From Octopus bimaculoides (Eukaryota), in the NCBI RefSeq assembly GCF_001194135.2, contig NC_068987.1, positions 3,646,425-3,710,424 of the forward strand: a DNA stretch of 64,000 bases, read 5' to 3'. The notes under the pieces are model-generated. The model made no database searches, was not told the origin of the DNA, and was given only the letters and a program-made list of their open reading frames with translations. This document shows, one piece after another, positions 22,550-33,855 of this stretch. The position numbers and the translations under genes were made by a program. Numbering within the stretch: the stretch's first letter is position 1; the number at the start of each line of letters is the position of its first letter.

Positions 22550-25133
22550 TTACTGCTAAAGGCAGTCCTACCCCATATTAAAATTAATTTGCTTGAAATT
22601 TTAAGGTGTTTCCATTATTTTGCATATATATATTATGATGATGATGATGACAATAATAATAACATATATATATATAATATAGATGCACACACACATATGC
22701 ATATTTATTATATACAAATGTATATTTTATTTTGCGGGTCTCCTTTAATGTGAATGCCTTCAGAACCAACCTCACCAAATGTGTCTTCATGCTCGACTAG
22801 AAGGCAAGCATCGTTTGTGAAACATTTATGTATTTGATGTTTTCTGCCTCCTCAAGAAGCCTCTGCAATGGTTTGACACATTCTTCCTTATCACAGTTTA
22901 TTTAAGGAATTTGAGGAGTTCCATGTGGTGCTTGCAAAACTACTTTCTCTACTCTCACAGCTTAAAATGTCTCATGATGCAACGATAAGAATCATTGGCC
23001 GACAAATACTTTTCAGCTCAGTGATATTACGTTGCAGTGGTTTAGTCTAGTTTATAGGGATGCTGTTTGTTTTTGGTTGTTGTTGTTTTTGCATTTGTTG
23101 TTTTTGTATTTGTTGTTGTTTTTCGCATTTGTTGTTGATGCTTTTTAGTTCTATTGAAAACGTGTGGTTTGGTGGTTAGGGGTTTTTGGCTGACAACTGT
23201 AAGGTCATGAGTTCAATTCCCAGCGGCGGGTTGCCTCCTTGAGCGAAACACTTTATTCCTCCAGTCAACTCAGCCAGCAACAGTGAGTTGTACCTGCAAT
23301 TCAAAAGGGCCAGCCTTGTCACATTTTTGCTGAATCTCCCTGAGAACTACATTAAAGGTATGCACGTATGTGGAACACTCAGCCACTTGGATGTTAATTT
23401 CTTGAGGAGGCTGTTCTGTCGATCGGATCACCTGAAATCCTTGTTGATGTAACTGACGAAGTACCAGATTTAGCTCACGATTCCTGATTGAACCACCCTA
23501 CTATCTTGGGCATTCCACTCATGGCCATCCACCTGAGACAGCATTATACAATGTGACGTTTGTTTTTAAAATGGTGAAGGGAATATGAAAGGAATTTGGT
23601 TTCTATTTCTAGCATGTCAGGTAACCACATACAAGTTGGTATAATAAAATCAATTTTATTTACATAAAGATTGAATCACAATTTAATTACGAGGAAGCAA
23701 AGAAAAAGAAGTGGGGGGGTGAGTTTAAACAGCAGGGGTGGGAAGTACACCCCAGGACAAGTTCCATCAGACCCGTGCAGGCTTCAAAAAATGATGACGA
23801 CAATGATGATGAGAACAATGACGACAACGATGATGATGATGACGATGATGACAACCAGCATTCCAGACTTCCCTATCTTGTTTTCTTTTCTAGCCTATAA
23901 CATTTGTCTAATATATTCATCTATTTTCAAAATGCTCATGCAAAATTTGAAGGAGATCTGGCTACCATTTTTAGCAGGCTGAACGACTGCACAAAGGCTC
24001 CTTTAGTGACTTGCAGATTTTGAAGAGATTGGTTACTATTTCTACCAAATTTAGTGACCATGTGAAAGAACCCTTATTTGCATTTGTGATGAGGCGCAGC
24101 CATTAATTAATATTGCCAATAATGAGATCATTAAAGTGTAAAATTACTTTGTAATTTGTATAATTAGGTTCAAAAATGCTTTACATTAGACCTCTGCCAC
24201 TCCTCCGTGAATTCTTCGGTGTAATTTATAAAGCTTTGGATATAGCTGTGCAGTTAAGAAACTTGCTTTGCAGCCTTGAAGTCTTGGGTTCAATCCTGTT
24301 ATGAAACTTTTGGACAAATGTCCCGGGGTAACCAATGCCCTGAGTGAATACAGTAGATGAAAATTGGATGAAAGCTCATTGTATATATGTATGAGACTGA
24401 AGACACAAAAAATAGTAAAAAAAAAAAACATATGAGCTGAGGATGATTTGTTTTGTTAAGCGTTTGGCATCGAGATTCCTGTGAGAAATGCAATGCTTTT
24501 TTATTTTGCCTTATTTTGAATAAACCATGCATTGTCTCATAGCTTTGAGATTTCAATTACGGGATTGCTAATGGTGAGAATGACATTTTATAGGTGTGAG
24601 AATCTGGATACGGTCATTATGAATATAAAACAGATAGAATACACAGGCCGGCTAAAGTTGGTTTAAATGCTAAGGGGTTAAACCATTCATGTCGTTGCCC
24701 CAGCATGACCGTAGTCCAATGACTGAAACAAGTAAAAGACAACAGATGAATGTTGAGCTCACAGCTACTGCACACTCTTTGGCCATATTCCAATAATATC
24801 CAAGCGCTGAACTAAACATCCCATGAAATGGTACAATAGTCTTTCTTTGTTAACATTGTGTTGTTAGGATCAGGTTTCACTGACAATCCTAGTTCCACAT
24901 TATATGATCTTTTGCAGCTGGGAATCTTAGGCTACTTTAGTTCTTCTGTCAGCGATGGCGCCTCTTTCCTTTATTCTCATACTTAACTCATTGGTGCTTT
25001 TTAGCTCTTTTGGTTTTTTATTTGTTTACTTGTTTCAGTTATTGGATTGCGGCCATGCTGGGGCACCACTTAGAAGAATCTTGTAGTCGAATGAATTGAC
25101 CCCCAGTAGTTTTGGGGTTGAAAGAAGCCCGTC

Positions 25134-25166
<33 letters not shown>

Positions 25167-25176
25167 NNNNNNNNNN

Positions 25177-25223
<47 letters not shown>

Positions 25224-26854
25224 GCTTGTTGTTTGTGTCAGTGTTTGTCTACCCCACCATCACTTGACAACCGATCTTGGTGTGTTTATGTCCCCATCAC
25301 TTAGCGATTCGGTAAAAAGAGACCGATACTATAAATACTAGGCTTACAAAGAATCAATCCTGGGGTCGATTTATTCGACGAAAGGTGGTGCTTCAGTATG
25401 GCCACAATCAAATGACTGAAACAAGTAAAAGTGTAGTTTGAGAAGGGTGACAATCATCTGTTATAAACTGTAAAAATGTGACAACCAGTTGACAATATCT
25501 TCATCAGATTTTATAGAAGAGTAATGGAGATAAAATTCTTGCTCAAGACAAGAACATTCACATATAGATAAGAGTAACTTGATTTTTTTTCCAAGTTGGA
25601 AAGCATTTGAAATTTGAGTTTTAGAAAAATCCTTTTAATTTTTTAGAGGTGTACTAACCAGGAAAGTGATTTGATCTGAAAATTGTGTTGAAATTAAAGC
25701 AATTACTACATGGAAAACATGAAGCAAGAAGGAAGCTGTAATAATATACAAGGAAACTGAAATCAGATTGGAGGGAGGCCAAAGCTGAAGAGCTACATTT
25801 TTCATGCTGATAAAAATGATATGAAAGCCATTTAATCAGGCCACAGAGAAGAGGCACAACAAAGCTCATTGCTCTTGACAACAAAACAGGGCTTCAAGAA
25901 TAATCAGAGATCCTTGATATATTTGCTAATTACTTTGACAGCCTGCTTAAAAAACACATACTAACCATTCAAAAACACACATAGAATATTAACTTCATTT
26001 AAATATTTATTTAGTGTCAACATTTTTGCCACACCAACTGTAACCTGGACTTTAACATAGTTCCACTGCATCTTGTTTGTGGTGACGTTGTTGGTCAGTA
26101 TACATAGGTTCCAAGCTTGTAAATTGTTTGTTTTCTCTGTAGAGGTCAGTCATTCTGGTTGGGTGCTCATTGTCGGTCAGTTAATTTGGTATTTGATAGT
26201 ATTTCATGCTCTTACGGGTTTTCTTTGTTCTTGCTTTCTCTCTTCTTTTGACATCATATAATAAATAAATAAATGAATAATTGCACCCTTTTAAAGCCTA
26301 ACCAGGCTCATGGGCCCGGTTTCCCGGTTTCTATGACGTATATGTTCTACAGCTGGATGGGACGCCAGTCCATCGCAGCATTACTCATTTTTGCCAGCTG
26401 AGTGGACTGGAGCAATGTGAAATGAAGAGTTTTGCTCAAGAATACAATGCGTTGCCTGGTCCAGAAATCGAAACCACAATCTTATGATCATGATGCTGAC
26501 TCCCTAACCACTAAGCCACACACCTCCACTTTGACAACATATACAGACAGAAAATAAAAAAACACTTTCAACATGCCTAAAGACAGAAAGAACGAGTAAA
26601 GGATAGATGGTCCCCTACAATATCTTACCCTCTCAGTTTGATCCAATGTTTTATGGTGTTAGCCAGAGTCGGTGGTCTTGCTCAAGAAACACTGGCAGCG
26701 GGTGGAGCAAGTGGGCCTTTTGGTTAAATAGCCAATATTGTTTTTTTTCAACTGGTTTAAATATCTGAATTTTCTTTACTCTTCCATCATGATAATCATT
26801 ATCTTAATACTCGTAGTTTGTTTCTCATACAAAGCACAGGCATGGCTGTATGGT

Positions 26855-27120
26855 TTACCCTTTAGTATTTAAACTGGCCATATCCAACGAAAATGTTTCA
26901 CCTGTTTTATGTTCAAACTGGCCAAATCTGGTCTCTCATACCAACCCTACAATGTCGTTCTAAAAATAACCAGTCACATCATCAAAATCTCACAATTACA
27001 AGATAATGCCGGGGTTTTCCAAAAATCCACCCATCCCTTAGATCGCCCATGGGCGTTTATTTGAAAACTGTGAACAGATAAGCATTTCATTGCACAGAAT
27101 AATCTGAATGTTAAAGGGTT
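26855..27120. mobile_element. Dispersed TTAA-type non-autonomous DNA element (representative copy; others at about 2335-2545, 4310-4515, 24520-24680, 48095-48180, 48620-48730)
   Basis: Shared CCCTTTAGCATTTAAACTGGCC ... AATGCTAAAGGGTTAA-type ends in several copies. Confidence 0.55.
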
Positions 27121-28079
27121 GAGAAGCTCATTTTGCAACCATGTGGTTTCGGGTTCAAACCCATTGCATGGCACCTTAGGCAAGTGTCTTTTACTATAGC
27201 CACAAGTTAACCAATGCCTTGCGAGTGATTGTGGAAGATGGAAACTGTGTGGAAGCCCATTGTGTATGTGTGTGTGTGTGTGTGCGTGCACGTGTGTGTG
27301 TGTGTGTGTGCGTGTGTGTGTGCGCATATGTGTGTGTGTGCATGTGTGTGTGTGTGCATGTATGTGTGCATGTGTGTGTGTGCATGTGTGTTTGTCACAC
27401 AACCCTGTGACCAATTGACACTGAGTGTTAGTTTGTTTACTTCCTGCAACTTAGCAGTTCAGTAGAAGAGACTGATAGAATAAGCACTGGCAATTAAAAA
27501 AAGAAAGGTATAAGTACTGAGGACAAATTTTTCAACTAAACTTCCTTCAAGGCAATGCTCCAGCATGGCTGCAGTCCAATGACTGAAACAAGTAAAAGAT
27601 AAAAGATATAAGATAAAAAGTTACTAGAATAATTTGACAATCTATCCCACCCTACATATATATCCTTTGCCATGTTATTTTTGGGGACAGGAAACTTTTA
27701 GAGATAACATATCTTCAGAGAATAATTTTCTATTGTTTCTGAACCAGGACAACACTCTATCCAAACATTAAAAAAATCACTGGAGTGTGAAGCATTGATA
27801 CAATATAGATGCTTATCACATCTATTCAGCTATTTCTTCTGAAATCCAATTGACTTAGGTTCAACGTTCCACGAAAATTAACACTTAAGCAGCTAAAGAC
27901 ATCCTCCATTCACTGCCTACATTTTTTTGTCATACATTTCACTGCGTATATACGCTTCATAAAATCAACTTTTGTGTGTGCATGCATGTGTGTGTGTGTG
28001 TGAAACCTTTGACTTTTTGTATCCAAAGGGATTTTTAACACAATATCTACACAATATTATTCAAAGTTTTATCTGCTTC

Positions 28080-28520
28080 AAGTCTCACCATTCCAAAGGT
28101 AGATTGTGTGATGCTTGTGTACGAATGGCTATGCTCCATGATAGTGAGACATGGGCCCTGAATGGAGAAGACATATGAAGAGTGGAGAGGAATGAAGCTA
28201 GTATGTTCCAACGGATGTGCAACATCAGTGTGCAAGTACAGCAAAGTGCAAATGTGCTGAGAGACAAGTTGGGCATGGGAGGAATCAGATGCAGCATGCA
28301 AGAGAGGAGACTTACAATGGTTTGGTCATGTGATGTGTATGAATGAGGGCAGCTGTATGAAGAAGTGCCACTGAAAGTGGATGGAACCTGCAGAAGAAGG
28401 AATCCCAAGAAGACATAGGATGACGTAGAGAGGGTCAATCTCATGGAGGAGATGACAATGGACCGAGATGTCTGACGATGTAAGGTTCTTGAGAAGAGCC
28501 ACCCACTTCAGTAAAACTGG
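28080..28520 (+). mobile_element. Decayed RTE-type LINE, 3' part of RT ORF
   Basis: Frameshifted translation KGRLCDACVRMAMLHDSETWAL...MFQRMC...RRLQWFGHVM...KKTWDD, typical of the RTE C-terminus. Confidence 0.75.
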
Positions 28521-29128
28521 GTCCTGGAAGTGTTGTGTATTATGTATTCTTCAGCCAAATAATAATAATAATAATAATAATGATAATAATGAAATTATTG
28601 TGTACAGTGGTCAGGTGCACTACAACTCATCAAAGGTGCATGTACAGTACATGGAATTATGTACAAAAGTTTTTAAAAAATGTTATCAAATCTTTTATGA
28701 GGATGTTACTAACCTTTTTTGGGAAGAGGTTTTTTTCTAGTGTGTGAGTGCTTTCGTTAAACCTTTTCAAACACAAACACACACACACACATGTTATATA
28801 CATNNNNNNNNNNNNNNNNNNNNNNNNNNNNNNNNNNNNNNNNNNNNNNNNNNNNNNNNNNNNNNNNNNNNNNNNNNNNNNNNNNNNNNNNNNNNNNNNN
28901 NNNNNNNNNNNNNNNNNNNNNNNNNNNNNNNNNNNNNNNNNNNNNNNNNNNNNNNNNNNNNNNNNNNNNNNNNNNNNNNNNNNNNNNNNNNNNNNGGTGG
29001 GGGATATATATATATGCTTGGAATATTAACAAAAACTCTTTCCCTTCACCAAGGGTCTAATTAATGTAATTATTGTGCATTCCTCATGTTCGTTTTTTCC
29101 TTCTTTTTAATTGTTTATTTATTTGAAT

Positions 29129-29163
<35 letters not shown>

Positions 29164-29358
29164 ATATATATATCTATGTACGTATGTATGCATGCATACA
29201 TATATACATATACATACATAGAGATACACAAATTTATGTGTGTGTGTGTGTGTGTGCATGTATGTTTCTATATGTGTGCATGTGGGTGTCTATTATCATC
29301 ATTTTCATCATCGTCATCTTAACATGTTATACTGGCAAATATATATATTTATATATAT

Positions 29359-29396
<38 letters not shown>

Positions 29397-30085
29397 ATGT
29401 GTGTGTGTGTAAAAGCTTCCTGGCTCAGAGTGATATCTCCTACTCTAAAACTCTAGCTTCCACTATAATACCATTAATACCAGAAGGTCTACAACTACAG
29501 AACCGTGTTACCCAGATAACCGTGTTACCCTATTTGAGCACCGTCTTCACTTTACAATTTTCTTTTTTTTTTTTCACTTAATCTAATCACATGATATCTA
29601 CAGATTTAGCCCCCCTCCCAGCAAGTACTTGTCAAGTGAAGTTATGATAATGGTGCTTTTTATCGTTGAAAGCAAACTCACTCCTATCATTTTAATGTTG
29701 TCTCTCACCTGTGGTATCTTTATTGTGATACACAAAAGAACAATTCTGAATATCTTGCACTTCTCATCCTTTCCATGAACACTGATAAACATTTCTACTC
29801 TTAGAATCTTTATTTATTAGACTTACAAAACACTTACCTCTCTACTTCTCCCTTATTTTCTTTCCTCACTGTTTACCAGTCGGCATCTTATCTCTAACGG
29901 CTTTGTTTACAGCATCACCTACTCATTCACTGTCTAGCATGGTTACTATGACACCCAGAAGGAATGCTGGATTAACCATTAAGCAAAATAATCAGGTGCC
30001 AAAGGTATCAAAGGAAGCAGGCACCACAGAAATGGTAAATGGTTTACAGCACAAAAGGAATCATTTTAAACTTGCTAAAATAATA

Positions 30086-30206
30086 CATGAAGGAAATACA
30101 AGTAATGCTTTAGGATTAAATAGAGATTTAGATAAGATTCTTTTTCATCCTTATCATAGTTATAAGGATATATTAGGGTTTCTTTTAATAGTATTTGCGT
30201 TGGTTT
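30086..30206 (+). pseudogene. CYTB: NUMT: mitochondrial cytochrome b fragment
   Basis: HEGNTSNALGLN(S)DLDKILFHPYHSYKD(M)LGF matches the cob motif HExGSNNPLGLNSDxDKIPFHPYYSYKD; AGA reads as Ser in the invertebrate mitochondrial code. Confidence 0.85.
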
Positions 30207-32310
30207 ATATGATTGGAAATATAATTTTGAGGAATCCATGGTGTCATGGTGAGGATCTGATTGAAGGCTTTGCAATTGAAAAAATATAAATGAAGTGGAA
30301 ATATAGGAAAATAAACATTATTTTCTATACTACTGTTAGTGTTGTTTCATTTTGAAAATTAAAATTTATTTTGTGGCTCCACTATTGGTTTATATTTTGA
30401 ATTCATCACTATCATCATCATTTAACGCCCGTTGTCCATGCTGGTATGGGTTGGACAGTTTGACCAGGGCTGGCCAGCTGGAAGGCTGCACCAGACTCCA
30501 ATCTGATTTGGCATGGTTTTCTACGACTGGATGCCCTTCCTAATGCCAACCCCTCCAAAAATGTAAAGGGTGCTTTTACACACCACCAGCACATGTGCCA
30601 TTTTGCATGACACCAGTGTCTGCCATGTCCCAGGGGCACCAAAATCTTTGAAGTGCTTAGGGCCTCTATGGGCCTTAATTTGGCCCTTCCCACAGGTCTG
30701 CTGCTTATCTCTAGTTCTGTAATACTAAACAGCAGCAGCAGATTCCACAGTCTGCCTTGAAAACCTTTAACTTGCATCAGCTCTTTTACATTGGTTTCTT
30801 GCTTCCTTCAGTCCTGTAAATTAAATGAACCTCCTTCCATAATAATTCTTTCTAATGACTGAAACAAATGAAAGAATAAAAGAGTAATGGTACTTATTAA
30901 TCTTGTAGGCCAGTAGTCACAAACTGTGACAGTGGTATTTTTCATGATTGAAAGTAAGTCAATTTCTAATAAATGATAGTAATACGTCTCAGCAATGATG
31001 TCCAGATTTATTGTGACAGACATGGAGCAATTCAAAACATTTCTTATCTCCAGTCCTTTTTACAAACAACTGACAAACATCCTGCTCTTAGTTTCTTTCC
31101 AAACTTGGAAAACATTTAGTTTTCTGTTTCTCCTTTTATCCCCACCCCCACCCATCACTATTTACAGACCAACATCTTATCTCTTATAGCTTTGTTTACA
31201 ACATTTCCTACTCTCTGTCTAGCTGGGTCAATATGACTTCCACAGGTCTGGTGCTTATCTCTAATTCTGAAGTGTTAAATAAATGGATGAGGCAAATTTT
31301 TGCACTGGAGGAATTTAGCCTGGTACTACATGGCAACAAATCACTTGTCGATTCCACAGTAGTCCTCCTCCTGCTGCTGCTGCTGCTGCTGCTGCTATCA
31401 GCAGTGAGTTTATATCAACACTAGTAACAGAATGAAAAATGCTGACCTTTCAGCTGGTTGTCTAATATCCCATCAACTTGGCTGTCTATGTTCTTAAGGT
31501 TTGTAATTATAAATTTCTTTGCCTAACTGAAACCCAGCTAATTTTATGCTTACCTTATTAATTCTGTTTTACCACTCTTCATGCACCCTACGATCACTAA
31601 AATCCTAATTTGGTAGGTGGCAAACAGTACAAAACAGGGATCTTTTTAAAATTCTTATAACCATTTTAATTATTTCATATTTTCACCAGATTACATCTTT
31701 CATTCCCCCCCCCTTACACTGATGTAGTTTTGTATGATGAAAATCCTTTTTAAAATTATTTAAAAAATTCTAATGAAAATTTGAAATGATTCAAGAGCAA
31801 TCTTTTTAAAGAGCATAAAGGAATTTAGTTTTGTACCACACTGTTATTAATAGTAAATGATTATTTAATAAGCTGCTTCTAAAATAATCGATGATACAAG
31901 CTCATCTGTAAGAATTAGCACTTTGCTCTTGGGTTGTTATGAGTTAAGTCTTAATGATGAAGTGGGGCCTAGGATTAACAGTAACAGACAAGACAAAAAT
32001 ATCTACAGGTATTTCATTTCACATGTTTAATTGTCATTTCAAATCTCACAAAGAAATGCTCTGCCTGTCACCTCTGCCACTATTTTTTTATTCAATAAAA
32101 TAAATGCTGGGTACGGAGAAGGATCAATCGTGTTGTTGAGGTATCTCTATTAATCAAACCCTTGTAAGAAATCATTATCTATCTATCTATTTATCTACCT
32201 GTGTATGTCTATCTATCTGTCTGTCTCTCTGCCTGTCTATCTTTCTATCTATCTATCTATCTGTGTCTGTCTTTCTTTCTCTCTGTCTGTTTTGTGTATG
32301 CGTGTATGTA

Positions 32311-32344
<34 letters not shown>

Positions 32345-32579
32345 CGTGCGTGTATGTGTGCTGCAAATCCTTAGCGTGCCAAACAAAAAGCTTAGTAGCA
32401 TTTCACCCATCTTTACGTTCCGAGTTCCAATTACACTAAGATCAACTTTGCTTCTAATCCTTTCGGGGTCGATAAATTAAGTACCAGTTGCGTACTGGGT
32501 CGACATAATCGATTTACCTACTCTCCCCAAAATTTTAGTAGAAAGGATCATTATTATTATTATTATTATTATTATTAGG

Positions 32580-32927
32580 CACTTCCCTCTTCGGCCGAGG
32601 ACTCATTAACATTTTAAGTTCGTTGAAAGGTGGGTGAATGTGGCGAGAATGGCCCGTGTGAATGCGAGAGGGTGAAGAGGAAAGGGGTGCTTGCCTGAGG
32701 TGCCCTGTGTGATCAAGGTGTCCATGGTGTGTGGGGTTTCCTTGGTCGCCCCTAGTTGGATTTCCCCCCTATGAGGGAATTTAATTGTTCGAATTCTTGT
32801 GTTGCTTTTGTTTGTTTACTATTTACACGCATCGTCTAAACTCCACCGTCTCTTGTTTGTTTTGTGCAAAGTCCTTTTGTTTCTAGTGGTGAGCCCTTGT
32901 GGCCAATAAAGAAATTATTATTTGTTA

Positions 32928-32978
<51 letters not shown>
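32580..32978 (+). mobile_element. 3' end of a non-LTR retrotransposon with a (TAT)n tail
   Basis: Ends GAGCCCTTGTGGCCAATAAAGAAAT followed by (ATT)n; a related 3' end lies at about 43860-43960. Confidence 0.5.
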
Positions 32979-32979
<1 letters not shown>

Positions 32980-33412
32980 GTCGGCAAGCTGACAGAATCG
33001 TTAGCACGCGAAATGCTTAGCGGCATTTCGCCCGTCGCTACGTTCTGAGTTCAAATTCCGCCCTAGTCGACTTTATCTTTCATCCTTTCGAGGTCGATAA
33101 ATTAAGTACCAGTGAAACACTGGGTCAATGTAATTGACTAGTCCTCTCCCCACAAATTTCAGGCCTTGTTCCTAGAGTAGAAAGGATTATTACTATTATC
33201 ATTATTGAAAGCGGTGAGCTGATTGAACTGTTAGCACGCCGGACAAAATGCTTTGCAACATTTTGTCCGTCTTTATGTACTGAGTTCAAACTTCGCCAAA
33301 GTTGATATTGCTTTTCATCCTTTCGGGTCGATAAACTAAGTACCAGTTAAATAGTTGTAATCACCTTCCCCCTCCCCTCAAAAACTGCTAGACCTGTGGA
33401 AAAATTTGAAAG
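32979..33412 (+). mobile_element. SINE family B, two tandem copies (others at about 3245-3430, 13135-13275, 32358-32550)
   Basis: GGCGGCGAGCTGGCAGAA-like head, GAGTTCAAATTCC box, CTTTCATCCTTTCGGGGTCGATAAATTAAGTACCAG body. Confidence 0.75.
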
Positions 33413-33817
33413 CATATATATATATATATATAACTTCCATCAACTAAATATGTTTACCTCCCCCCCTCATCATGTCTTATATATGTTCTCTATGCTTAAA
33501 TTTTTCAGTTGAAACATCTGTTTTCTCTTAGACGAAGAGTCAGACCAAAACCGTCGGATGCCCATCTCTCCACATAACTTAAACACATGAACTAAACTGT
33601 GTTATTTTTGCCGATATATACCTCCACCACCTCCACTACCAGTTTTCTTGGACCCCCTCTTTTTTAACGTTTAATTTATAAGATAGTGAGTAATTATTTT
33701 TTTCTTCCTTAATTTTTCTCCTGAAATAACATTTCGCGATTATATTATTCAAGAGTGTGGTTTCGTTTATTCTAATATATATAAAGACCCCGAATTTTCC
33801 ACACACACACATATTAT

Positions 33818-33855
<38 letters not shown>

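Noticed and set aside
26974-27465. His/Thr- and Cys/Val-rich ORFs (also 44648-45230 and the ORFs spanning N gaps)
   Set aside because: Artefacts of (CA/TG)n, (TA)n microsatellites or N runs.
29903-30289. 128-aa ORF as a real gene
   Set aside because: Only the central 40 codons are cob-derived (NUMT); the flanks are unrelated sequence.
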